64,000 nt of DNA, from positions 75,216,064-75,280,063 of the forward strand of contig NC_068989.1 of NCBI RefSeq assembly GCF_001194135.2. The letters are read 5' to 3'. Positions 42,101-50,204 of this stretch are shown one piece after another (position 1 is the stretch's first letter; each line of letters opens with the position of its first letter). The translations under genes and the position numbers were made by a program. The notes under the pieces are model-generated. The model made no database searches and was not told where the DNA came from. It was given only the letters and a program-made list of their open reading frames with translations. The stretch comes from Octopus bimaculoides (Eukaryota).

Positions 42101-42776
42101 GCAGGGGATGGTGGCGAACCCTGCTGTACTCTTTCACCACAACTTTCTCTCACTCTTACTTCCTGTTTCTGTTGNNNNNNNNNNAACCCTGCTGTACTCT
42201 TTCACCACAACTTTCTCTCACTCTTACTTCCTGTTTCTGTTGTGCCTGTAATTCAAAGGGTCAGCCTTGTCACTGTGTCACGCTGAATATCCCTGAGAAC
42301 TACATTAAGGGGTACATGTGTCTGTGGGGTGCTCAACCACTTGCATGTTAATTTCACGAGCAGGTTGTTCCGTTGATCGAATCAACCGGAACCCTTGACG
42401 TCGTAAGCAACGGAGTGCCAACAACAAAGTAATAGCTCAGTGATAAGTATTGTCCAATCCATGCTAGAAGTAAAAATGAATGAATGAAAGTGAGGTGGCA
42501 GCACACCTAAATTTATCTCTGTTACTGCTACTACATTCACCACTCACTCCTATATCCCTGTGGTTTTTTATATTTTTATATATATAAATGAAGTAATAAT
42601 TTGATATGATGTTACATATGGATGAATACATACATACATACAATCATATATATATTTTCTCTGTATTTCTTTTTCAGACAAATGCGGACTTATTTAATGC
42701 ATGCATCTCGCAGTTATCTGACAACCAAAGAAACACTTTATCAGCTGTGCTTGCCGCTCCACCCATGAATAACTAA
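2930..42776 (+). CDS. IPO5: Importin-5 / karyopherin beta-3 (RanBP5) gene span, 24 coding exons in window, 5' exons outside window
   Basis: 24 GT-AG exons with consistent phases total 2839 nt (945 aa + stop after a leading split base). They contain hallmark IPO5 motifs recalled from the human protein: [95 protein letters not shown]. Confidence 0.97.
3435..3539 (+). CDS. IPO5: IPO5 exon
   Basis: attag|GTT...AAT|gtaagt; [35 protein letters not shown]. Confidence 0.93.
3800..4175 (+). mobile_element. Non-autonomous Helentron/HINE-like element
   Basis: 5' ACAAGAGCACTCAGAGAGTGC...CCGCCAAGGC; 3' hairpin ACCTCCACTTT-CGCT-AAAGCGGAGGT (4147-4172) followed by AAT; homologous minus-strand pieces at 46288-46480 and 47726-47945. 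Confidence 0.6.
4768..4893 (+). CDS. IPO5: IPO5 exon
   Basis: tatag|GGA...AAG|gtagtt; [42 protein letters not shown]. Confidence 0.94.
6241..6538 (+). mobile_element. tRNA-derived SINE, family C, with 12-bp TSD
   Basis: Head GCAATGGCCCAGTGGTTAGGGCAG...GGTTTCGATTCCC; TSD TATAGAGTATCT at 6229-6240 and 6539-6550; second copy at 41978. Confidence 0.88.
6657..6777 (+). CDS. IPO5: IPO5 exon
   Basis: cccag|GTA...TTG G|gtgagt; [40 protein letters not shown]. Confidence 0.95.
6823..7191 (-). mobile_element. SINE family D with internal duplication and 15-bp TSD
   Basis: TSD ATTGTACATACATCT at 6808-6822 and 7192-7206; body GTTCTGAGTTCAAATTC..CCGAGGT.GACTTTGCCTTTCATCCTTTC; 3' module present twice. Confidence 0.85.
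8905..8992 (+). CDS. IPO5: IPO5 exon
   Basis: ctcag|TT...AG|gtacta; (V)[28 protein letters not shown](S). Confidence 0.95.
9441..9642. mobile_element. piggyBac-type MITE
   Basis: Perfect 10-bp TIRs CCCTTTGCCT / AGGCAAAGGG; TTAA at 9437-9440 and 9643-9646. Confidence 0.75.
9786..9892 (+). CDS. IPO5: IPO5 exon
   Basis: tccag|T AAT...AAT G|gtaaat; [35 protein letters not shown]. Confidence 0.95.
11270..11394 (+). CDS. IPO5: IPO5 exon
   Basis: cacag|CT...CCG|gtaaga; (A)[41 protein letters not shown]. Confidence 0.96.
12026..12265. mobile_element. Degenerate TTAA-flanked MITE
   Basis: TTAA|CACTTTA ... TAAAGGG|TTAA; short imperfect TIRs only. Confidence 0.4.
12566..12810. mobile_element. hAT-type MITE
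   Basis: Ends CAGGGCTCTGGAG... / ...CTCCACAGCCCAG; internal GGAGTCGGAG repeats; flanks GATTTAACC and GATTTACC are consistent with an 8-bp TSD carrying one indel. Confidence 0.7.
13475..13564 (+). CDS. IPO5: IPO5 exon
   Basis: tgcag|CAT...AAG|gtaacg; [30 protein letters not shown]. Confidence 0.97.
13725..13965 (-). mobile_element. RTE LINE 3' UTR fragment (family B) with (GAT)n tail
   Basis: Reverse complement of ...AGGAAGGGCATCCAGCTGTAGAAACTCTGCC...GCATGGAAAGCGGACGTTAAACGATGATG; the same sequence directly follows an RTE ORF end at 52223. Confidence 0.8.
15175..15505 (-). mobile_element. SINE family A copy
   Basis: Reverse complement of the family A head, body and tail. Confidence 0.8.
16024..16080. 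repeat. (ATT)n microsatellite just upstream of an IPO5 acceptor
   Basis: Near-pure ATT run. Confidence 0.95.
16092..16265 (+). CDS. IPO5: IPO5 exon
   Basis: tccag|GTT...GAG|gtaagt; [58 protein letters not shown]. Confidence 0.97.
16462..16562 (+). CDS. IPO5: IPO5 exon
   Basis: ttcag|TTG...AA|gtaagt; [33 protein letters not shown](K). Confidence 0.96.
17935..18298 (+). mobile_element. RTE 3' UTR fragment (family B)
   Basis: Two ~62-bp internal modules (GTTGCCAGTGCCGCTGGACTGGCTCCTGTGCAGG...) followed by the conserved tail and (GAT)n; contains a 10-N gap. Confidence 0.8.
18389..18506 (+). CDS. IPO5: IPO5 exon
   Basis: tacag|G TTC...AAG|gtatgt; [39 protein letters not shown]. Confidence 0.97.
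19114..20128. repeat. Two interleaved long inverted-repeat pairs (A-B-A'-B')
   Basis: A 19114-19245 / A' 19527-19671 with a perfect 28-nt core (19123-19150 vs 19635-19662); B 19257-19395 / B' 19975-20128 with a perfect 25-nt core (19292-19316 vs 20071-20095). Confidence 0.85.
19685..19932 (+). mobile_element. RTE 3' UTR fragment (family B)
   Basis: Family B sequence ending GGACGTTAAACGATGATGATG. Confidence 0.8.
20415..20498 (+). CDS. IPO5: IPO5 exon
   Basis: tttag|TTC...CAG|gttgga; [28 protein letters not shown]. Confidence 0.96.
22054..22186 (+). CDS. IPO5: IPO5 exon
   Basis: tgtag|ATA...AAT A|gtaagt; [44 protein letters not shown]. Confidence 0.97.
23384..23670 (+). mobile_element. RTE 3' UTR fragment (family B)
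   Basis: Two internal modules plus conserved tail and (GAT)n. Confidence 0.8.
23858..23919 (+). CDS. IPO5: IPO5 exon
   Basis: ttcag|GT...CAA|gtaagt; (S)[20 protein letters not shown]. Confidence 0.95.
25680..26022 (-). mobile_element. tRNA-derived SINE with V-domain-like core
   Basis: Minus-strand head GGTGCATGGCTCAGTGGTTAGAGCG...GAGTTCGATTCCTGG, then TTGAGCAAGACATTTTATTTCACGTTGCTCCAGTTCACTCAGCTG; related pieces near 40740-40980 and 55120-55170. Confidence 0.7.
26078..26234 (+). CDS. IPO5: IPO5 exon (followed by U12-type donor)
   Basis: tgcag|CAA...GAT G|gtatcctt; [52 protein letters not shown]. Confidence 0.97.
26875..26978. repeat. 26-bp minisatellite, about 4 copies
   Basis: CAGTAATTTTGTATT recurs at 26885, 26911, 26937 and 26963. 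Confidence 0.9.
28171..30065. repeat. ~62-bp minisatellite array derived from the RTE 3' UTR module (two N-gaps inside)
   Basis: Unit GGCAACGATCTCGCTCGAAAGATTTCATGTGTCGCCCGCACATGAGCCAGTCCAGGGGCACT; unit starts at 28224, 28286, 28347 and 28409; matches the reverse complement of the module at about 52475-52545. Confidence 0.9.
31213..31385 (+). CDS. IPO5: IPO5 exon (preceded by U12-type branch point)
   Basis: ttccttgacaacatgcatag|AT...AAG|gttggt; (D)[57 protein letters not shown]. Confidence 0.96.
32492..32603 (+). CDS. IPO5: IPO5 exon
   Basis: ttcag|TGT...ATA G|gtatag; [37 protein letters not shown]. Confidence 0.94.
34419..34474 (+). CDS. IPO5: IPO5 exon
   Basis: tccag|AA...GAG|gtcagt; (E)[18 protein letters not shown]. 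Confidence 0.93.
35158..35280 (+). CDS. IPO5: IPO5 exon
   Basis: tgtag|GAC...CTA|gtaagt; [41 protein letters not shown]. Confidence 0.95.
35990..36330 (+). mobile_element. SINE family A copy
   Basis: CAGGAGTGGCTG...GTTCAGTCCC head through the GACTGAAAC-like tail. Confidence 0.8.
37008..37082 (+). CDS. IPO5: IPO5 exon
   Basis: cacag|AAT...GTT|gtaagt; [25 protein letters not shown]. Confidence 0.95.
38315..38459 (+). CDS. IPO5: IPO5 exon
   Basis: attag|GCA...GTC G|gtgagt; [48 protein letters not shown]. Confidence 0.96.
39845..40073 (+). CDS. IPO5: IPO5 exon
   Basis: ctcag|AA...AT|gtaagt; (E)[75 protein letters not shown]. Confidence 0.97.
41025..41166 (+). CDS. IPO5: IPO5 exon
   Basis: ttcag|A AAC...CAG|gtaaaa; [47 protein letters not shown]. 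Confidence 0.95.
41978..42425 (+). mobile_element. SINE family C with 9-bp TSD
   Basis: Same head as the 6241 copy; TSD AAAGTAATA at 41969-41977 and 42426-42434; different 3' part ending (CAA)n; contains a 10-N gap. Confidence 0.85.
42678..42776 (+). CDS. IPO5: IPO5 terminal coding exon
   Basis: ttcag|ACA...TAA; [32 protein letters not shown], similar to human [25 protein letters not shown]. Confidence 0.92.
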   Translation, partial: TNADLFNACISQLSDNQRNTLSAVLAAPPMNN

Positions 42777-43343
42777 CGAGAAAAGATTGCAGGCAAAGCT
42801 CACAATTCCAGCGTGACACTTCCTCTTACCTCTTAATCCCCCCTGTCTTTCTGCATATATTAAATTTAATATATACACACATATATGCGTTCATATAGAT
42901 GTATATATACGTATATATATATATATATATTTATATGTGTGTAAGTGTACACACACGCATATATATAGCCACATATATGTACACGAATATATATAATATA
43001 TATACATATATATATATATATATTATACTGGAATAACCATTGAGGCTGACATCACAATTTAGTCCTCTATACCCAAATACACACACCTTATGCATACACC
43101 TTCTCTCTCTATATATATCTTTCTCCTCTCTCAATGTTTTATTTTTTTCTTTCGGTTTCTACTGATTGAAAGCCCTATCTATTTCAGTTGTTTTTTTTTT
43201 TTTTTTCTACCACCAACCCTCCCCTTATGCATTAAAAATTTTTGTGGGCTTTATTTGAGCAACAACAATAACAAAAACAGAATGCAATATTGATATGAAA
43301 AGAAAAAAGCAAGAAAACTTAACAAGCTTGGCTCATTCAAAAC

Positions 43344-43349
43344 AATAAA
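43344..43349 (+). promoter_or_regulatory. Candidate polyadenylation signal for IPO5
   Basis: AATAAA about 570 nt after the stop codon, followed by T-rich sequence; no transcript support available. Confidence 0.35.
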
Positions 43350-43588
43350 TAAGAAAACTATTCTCAAGATATAAAGTATTTTATTTATTTTATTTTTCTT
43401 AACTCTAACTTGTTCCGAACCATCTAAGATTTGAATTCTCTTTATATTCTATGTAATTTAAAAAATATATATACACACATATATATATATATATATGACT
43501 CTTTTTTTTGCTGTTTTTTTGTTCTTATCTGTTTTTGTACCACTCCAGCATCCAATGTGAAGAATTCCCAAATGGCTTGTCAAGACAT

Positions 43589-43975
43589 ACTCTCTCTTTA
43601 CTCTTTTATTTGTTTCAGTCATTCGACTGCGGCCATGCTGGAGCACCGCCTTCAGGCGACGAATCGACCCCGGGACTTATTCTTTGTAAGCCTAGTACTT
43701 ATTCTATCGGTCTCTTTTGCCGAATCGCTAAGTTACGGGACATAAACACACCAGCATCGGTTGTCAAACAATGCTAGGGGGACAAACACACACACACACG
43801 CATATATATATACATATATACGACAGGCTTCTTTCAGTTTCCCTCTACCAAATCCACTCACAAGGCTTTGGTTGGCCCGAGGCTATAGTAGAAGACACTT
43901 GCCCAAGATGCCATGCAGTGGGACTGAACCCGGAACCATGTGGTTGGTAAGCAAGCTACTTACCACACAGCCACT
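43589..43975 (-). mobile_element. SINE family A copy (CpG-rich, young-looking)
   Basis: Complete reverse complement of family A. Confidence 0.85.
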
Positions 43976-44502
43976 TTATATTGGTTTCAAATTTTGGCAC
44001 AAGGCCAGCAGTTTTTCAGGAGTGAGGCTAAGTTGATTAAATCAACCCCAGTACTTATTTTATTGACCCCCGAAAGGATGTCAGGCAAAGTTGACCCCAG
44101 CGGTATTTGAACCCAGAATGTAAAGAACAAATAAAATGCCACTGGGCATTTTCCCCAGCATGCTAAAAATTCTGCCTGCCCACCCACCTTATAATAAAAG
44201 TTGATATTGATTTCAATTTTTGGGACCCCAGGACTCAACTGGCACTCATTTTATCGACCCTGGAAAGGATGAAAAGCAAAGTCAACCTTGGTAGAATTTG
44301 AACCCAGAACCTAAAGATGTATAAAATGCTGCTAAGCATTTTTCCCAGCGTGCTAACAATTCTGCCAGCTTGCTGCCTTAAGATAAAATGTTAATAACGT
44401 TTTCAAATTTTGACACAAAGCCAGCAATTTCAGGGAGTGAGGGTGGGGAACTGATTGCATTGACCCCAGTCTTCAACTGGTACTTATTTTCATTAATAAG
44501 CA

Positions 44503-45056
44503 CAGGAGTGGCTGTGTGGTAAGTAGCTTGTTTACCAGCCACATGGTTCCGGGTTCAGTCCCACTGCGTGGCACCTTGGGCAGGTGTCTTCTACTATAGC
44601 CTTGGGCCAACCAAAGCCTTGTGAGTGGATTTGGTAGACGGAAACTGAAAGAAGCTCGACGTGTATATATATATATATATATATACANNNNNNNNNNNNN
44701 NNNNNNNNNNNNNNNNNNNNNNNNNNNNNNNNNNNNNNNNNNNNNNNNNNNNNNNNNNNNNNNNNNNNNNNNNNNNNNNNNNNNNNNNNNNNNNNNNNNN
44801 NNNNNNNNNNNNNNNNNNNNNNNNNNNNNNNNNNNNNNNNNNNNNNNNNNNNNNNNNNNNNNNNNNNNNNNNNNNNNNNNNNNNNNNNNNNNNNNNNNNN
44901 NNNNNNNNNNNNNNNNNNNNNNNNNNNNNNNNNNNNNNNNNNNNNNNNNNNNNNNNNNNNNNNNNNNNNNNNNNNNNNNNNNNNNNNNNNNNNNNNNNNN
45001 NNNNNNGCGATGGTGGGGTGACAAACACAGACACACAAACACACATACATACATAT

Positions 45057-45102
<46 letters not shown>

Positions 45103-45260
45103 GACGGGCTTCTTTCAGTTTCCATCTACCAGATCCACTTACAAGGCTTTGGTCGGCCCAAGGCTATAGTAGAAGACACCTGCCCAAGGTGCCACGCAGT
45201 GGGACTGAACCCGGAACCATGTGGTTGGTAAGCAATCTACTTACCACACAGCCACTACTG
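44503..45260. mobile_element. Two family A SINEs in tail-to-tail inverted orientation around a gap
   Basis: + head at 44503-44686; - copy at 45007-45260; the heads differ at several positions, so these are separate copies. Confidence 0.75.
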
Positions 45261-45693
45261 CGCCCATGGTAAATATTTTCCCATAACCAGATGTATTTTT
45301 CATGGGAAACTGGAAATGATCAATTTTTCTTCTATGATGATGATGTTCGTTTACAACCACCACATGATGTCTACACAAGTATACACACAATGCATGCTAG
45401 TGCCACATAATAAACATCTAATGGTATTGAGCTGTAGAAGCCTTGCCAATGCAGACAATTGGAACCAGGTACAGCTATCTTACTTGTCAGTTCCTGTCAA
45501 ACTGTCCAACCTATGCTAGTATGGAAAATGGACATTAAATGATGATAATGATGATGTACATCTAATAAGCTGACCTGCCAACTTATTTTATTCCAGATTG
45601 AAAGAGACTGCTGTAACAACACTTTGAATCCACTAAACACTGCTTGTCACAGCTGACTAGTTTGCAGAATACAGTTGTGATGTGAAGATAGAT

Positions 45694-46160
45694 AATTTGG
45701 AAGTTTGCTATGCAGTGAGGTTTTCTGTTAAACTGGGCAAAAATGCTAGAGAAGTTTATGGAATGCTCCAGACTGCTTACGGATTAACAAAGCATGTCCA
45801 CCAGGAAGCTCATGATAATCCTCTTTTCTGACAGCAAAGACATCTACATTCACTGGATTCCTCTGGCCAGACAGTCAACAAAGAGTACTTTGTGGAGGTT
45901 TTGAGGGAGTTCAGGGCGAGATTTTGTTACAAAAGTCCAGAGCACTTTCATCAGGACAATACACCACTCTACAATTCTGTTCTGGTAACACACTACTTGA
46001 CAGAGATGGGCATCAAAATTGTCCAGAACTTGCTCCCTGTGGCTTTTGATTGTTTCCCCAAGATGAAAGAGGCTGTGACAAGGGTACTGAACACCTTCAC
46101 TTTGGAGGACTTCTATGGGGCCTTTGCAAAGGGGCTGGAGCACTACATCAAGTTCATTGT
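45694..46160 (+). pseudogene. Mariner transposase relic
   Basis: NLEVCYAVRFSVKLGKNAREVYGMLQTAYG (mariner N-terminal HTH-like) and GQTVNKEYFVEVLREFR...HFHQDNTP...LFPKMK (mariner catalytic-domain-like), with deletions and frameshifts. Confidence 0.85.
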
Positions 46161-46734
46161 TTTATGTTCAAATTAGCCAGATCCAGCCTCTCACACCTGC
46201 TCTGTAATGTCATTCTGGAAATAACCACATTATTGAAATCTCAAATCTAAGAGATAATGATGATTAATTCAAAACAATATTCTTTTATTCTCTCCGCCTT
46301 AGCAAAGGTAGAGGTATTGTTTTCAGTTGTGTTTGTTTGTCTGTGGACAAGATATTTCAAGAACTGCTGGATGAATTCGGATGCAACTTTCAGGGATGCT
46401 TGGCCTTGTGACTGGCATGAACTGATTAGATTTTGAGATCGATTCAGTACTGGACAAGGATTCAGGATTATTTGTTATATTTACTTTAAATGATTACGAT
46501 CTTATGTTGACTTTCAAGTCTTTCTCAATTATCTCCCTTTAGGCTGTTTCCAAAGTTCTATTTTCATTTCTCTATTATTAATTTTACTCACATCTCTATC
46601 TTAGTAGTAACTGATGGATAAACAAATAAAATCCTGAGTAGAACTTATTATTATTACCTCCGCCTTTGAAACTATTTTGAACGGTGAATTTGTTAACTTT
46701 GGCTTGTATTAGATAAGGATAAACTATTTATTCA

Positions 46735-47720
46735 TCGTCATCATCATCCAGTGTTTTAAATCCAGGTTTTGTCCCTGTTAACGAGGGTGGCTGGATCTAC
46801 CTCAATGCCATAGCAACCGCCCTCACACCATCTTGCCCAGTTTTGGACATCCTCCTTTCTCAAACCAACCCTCCCAATCTCCTCCTCCACCTTCGATCTA
46901 CCTCGCTTTCACGCTCCATTTACCCCAAACGCAGTCACCCTCCTCCAAACAGGCTCTTCATTCCTCCTCAACATGCCACCCATACCACCTCACTCCATTT
47001 ACCCTTGCCAACCATTCCACCGATTCCTCCAACCTCAGCATTCCCATCAAATCCTCAGTCCTCCTTTTATCAAACAGCTTCACCCCACACATTTCTCTCA
47101 CCTTTGCTCTCTCAGTCCTTAAAATTACCACCTCTCTCTCCCTCAGACACCATGTCTCACTCCCATACAGCATTGCAGCTCTCACACAACTCTTATAGAC
47201 CCTTTCTTTCATTTTTAACAAGAACCTTTTCCCATATAACAACACTCCACATTCCCTGAACTTCACCCAGCCAAGCCTCACTCTTGCTGTCAGAGCTGCT
47301 TCACATCCACCACCACTTACATCCACCCTGTCACCCAACTAACAAACCCTCCCACCCTTTCCACCTCATCACATAGCGTTTCCACTGGTTCCACTAGCTC
47401 TCCAGCTCCTTTCACACATCTTCCACAAACGCTCCTGCCAGTTTTGGGGTCAACTTCTTCATTTTTGTACATGTACCATGAATCCATTTCTCACATCGCG
47501 TACACAACACCACATTTGCCATTACCTTCCTCTCACATACACTACATGGAGCCACCTTACTAACACTTCTTCCACTCTGCTCACCATCATCTTTGTCTTC
47601 CTAAGGTTTACGTTCAAACCCTTGCTTTCAAACGCCTCCTTCCATTTCCAAACCTTCTCCCTCAATCCCTCCATCGTCTCATTACTGTTACTAAATTTTC
47701 TATAGCCACCTCCACATTCC
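46735..47720 (-). pseudogene. RTE (BovB-like) LINE, 5'-truncated RT C-terminal region with (GAT)n tail
   Basis: ORF fragments ...ARVRLGWVKFREC...KERVYKSCVRAAMLYGSETWCL...VRWYG and ...KVWKWKEAFESKGLNVNLRKTKMM; minus-strand tail GATGATGATGACGATG. Confidence 0.9.
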
Positions 47721-47944
47721 ATGACCACCATTGAGATCGATCAGGTACCGGACAAGTATTCTGGATTATTTTTCAGGTTTTTTTACTTAATTTTTGAGTG
47801 ATCAGGTTCATTTTTAGTATTCTTGTTTGTGAGAGCAGTCAAGTTTATTTCAGATATTCTCATTTTAAAAATCATCTCTGGTTAATTATTGAGAGGACAT
47901 TGGTGTTGCTTTGGCGGAGGTTTGCTTCTCTGAGTGCTCTTGTT

Positions 47945-48520
47945 CTTACTGGTTTCAGTCATTTGACTGTGGCCATGCTGGAGCACCACCTTTAGTTGAA
48001 CAAATCAACCCCAAGACATATTCTTTGTAAGCCCAGTACTTATTCTATCGGTCACTTTTGCTGAACCACTAGGTTACAGCAATGTAAACACACCAACATC
48101 TGTTGTCAAGCGGTGGTAGGGGGAGAAACAGACACAAACATATATGCATACATACATACATACATTATATATATATATATATATATATAGGGAGAATTCA
48201 CAAACAAAAGACGAAGACAGGTGGTGTAGACAAGAAACAGATGTATTAGTATAACGCTCAGGAAGTGAACAAGTCTTTAATGTTTTGAGCCTACGCTCTT
48301 CCACAGAAAGAAACAAGGAGAGTAAAAAAGAATGCGTAGTGGCTAGCAATCTACGATATGTACACATATATATATGATGGGCTACTTTTGGTTTCCATCT
48401 ACCAAATTCACTCACAAGGCTTTGGTTGGCCCAAGGCTATAGTAGAAGACACCTACCCAGTGGGACTGAACCCAAAATGATGTGGTTGGGTAGCAAGCTT
48501 CTTATCACACAGCCACATCT
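47945..48520 (-). mobile_element. SINE family A copy interrupted by an insert in its (TA)n
   Basis: Tail and body at 47945-48165, head at 48355-48520, unrelated insert at 48190-48354. Confidence 0.75.
48274..48311 (-). ncRNA. Decayed minimal hammerhead-like motif (Penelope-type relic)
   Basis: Minus strand reads TCTTT-CTGTGGA-A-GAGC-GTAG-GCTC-AAAA-CA-TT-AAAGA; stems I and II pair perfectly but the core deviates from CUGANGA/GAAA. Confidence 0.45.
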
Positions 48521-48834
48521 GCACCTACGCAGAGCAGTCCAAATGCTAAAGGATTAATAAACTGCCAAAAGAGGTTTCTTTCATCAAGATATGGCTTGAC
48601 CTCAAACTGCACAAGTCATTAAAAATGTCATTCTAAAAATAACAGTAATCTGAATGCTAAAGGGTTTAACCTATGAAATTTTCATGTTAATTTCTGTTCC
48701 AGACACAAGTTTAATAATGACAAACTTATTTGACAAAATTCTTCTTTATCTTCAAAATTAATTGTAATAAAGTTAGTGTATTTCAGCAGAAATATGATAA
48801 CAAAAAAAGTTAATCTGTGAAGATGATAAAACTG

Positions 48835-49200
48835 CTGGGTGTGGCCGTGTGGTAGTAAGAAGCTTGCTTCCCAACCACATGGTTCCAGGTTCAGTCCAAC
48901 TGTGTGACATTTGGAGGGGAGGTCTTCTACTATAGCCTTGGTCCGACCAAAGCCTTGTGAGTGAATTTGGTTGACGGAAACTGAAAGAAGCCCGTCGTAT
49001 ATATATCTGTGTTTATCCCCCAATCACCACTTGACAATCTGGTGTTGGTGTGTTTATGTCCCCGAAATTTAGTGGTTCGGCAAACGATACTGATAGAATA
49101 AGTACTAGGCTTACAAAGAATAAGTCCTGAGGTCGATTTCTTTGACTAAAGGTGGTGCTCCAGCATGGCCACAGTCAAATGACTGAAACGTGTAAAAGAG
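48835..49200 (+). mobile_element. SINE family A copy
   Basis: Complete head-body-tail. Confidence 0.85.
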
Positions 49201-49202
49201 TA

Positions 49203-49233
<31 letters not shown>

Positions 49234-49298
49234 ATATATATATCATCATCATCATCATCANNNNNNNNNNNNNNNNNNNNNNNNNNNNNNNNNNNNNN

Positions 49299-49333
<35 letters not shown>

Positions 49334-49354
49334 ATCATCTTCATGATAGCCCAC

Positions 49355-49603
49355 GGGCATATGGCGTAGTGGTTAAGAGCACAGACTACTAACCCCAGGA
49401 TTCCGAGTTCGATTCCAAGCAATGACCTGAACAATAATAATAATAATAGCATCGAAAAATACCTTAGGAATGAGAACCCAGGTTCGAAATTTCCCCAAGA
49501 CACCTGAAGAAGGCTGGAGGGTATATCAGCCGAAACGTTGTGTTGACGAGGACAAAATATCCGTCGAATGTAAATAATTCCTCATCTCTTAAATATAGAA
49601 CTG
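49355..49603 (+). mobile_element. tRNA-headed SINE-like element carrying a hammerhead motif
   Basis: A-box TGGCGTAGTGG (49362-49372); B-box GAGTTCGATTCC (49405-49416); (AAT)n linker; hammerhead at 49499-49544. Confidence 0.75.
49499..49544 (+). ncRNA. Minimal type I hammerhead ribozyme (predicted)
   Basis: Stem I GACAC/GTGTT; core CTGAAGA plus one extra A; stem II GGCTG/CAGCC with a 10-nt loop; GAAA; loopless palindromic stem III AACGTT; GUU cleavage triplet (49537-49539). Confidence 0.75.
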
Positions 49604-50015
49604 TATCATCTTCATCGTTTTTATGTTAATGGCCGCAATCATATGAAGTGAAACTATTAAAAGATAAAGAGGAAAGTAAAAAAAACTATCATTGTTATAA
49701 GCAGAATCTTTCTTCGAGAAAAGATGTTTTCTTATCGCGCTAAATTAGAAGTGAAGAATAGAGGTGGGGGTGGGGGTGCATAGAGATAAGGGAGGTAACT
49801 GGACAAAAAGTGCGAAGATATTGTTTAACTCTTAATACCGACCCAACTCCTGGACTGCCGTCATGTTGGGGCACTGCCCCTGAAGCGTTTTGGTCGAACA
49901 GATCTCCCCCAATACTCACGAAGTTACATGAACGTAAGCAAACCAATACCGATGGACAAGCGGTGTGGGTGCAGACACAGACCCTCCCCTACCTGATATG
50001 TATTTATGTAGGCGG

Positions 50016-50109
50016 AGGTAAAGAATACGCACGCCATCTGTTTTCGGCGTAACAATAACCCAAACCTTAAACCATAACCCTAAACATCGGGTGGGCGTAT
50101 TCTTTACCT
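50016..50109. mobile_element. 94-bp micro-MITE with telomere-like internal repeats
   Basis: Perfect 15-bp TIRs AGGTAAAGAATACGC / GCGTATTCTTTACCT; interior TAACCCAAACCTTAAACCATAACCCTAAAC; flanks CGG and TGG. Confidence 0.7.
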
Positions 50110-50204
50110 TGGCCTTTATGTATATATATATATATATACGACGGTCTTCCATACAGTTTCCATTTACCAAAACCTGCACTATATATATATACATATGTAT
50201 ACAT

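Noticed and set aside
42117-42242. 58-bp duplication around a 10-N gap
   Set aside because: Same gap-overlap artefact pattern.
49355-49420. Possible tRNA genes at SINE heads (also 446, 6241, 25950-26022, 41978)
   Set aside because: A/B boxes are present but no complete cloverleaf with an acceptor stem was found; each continues into a repeat body.
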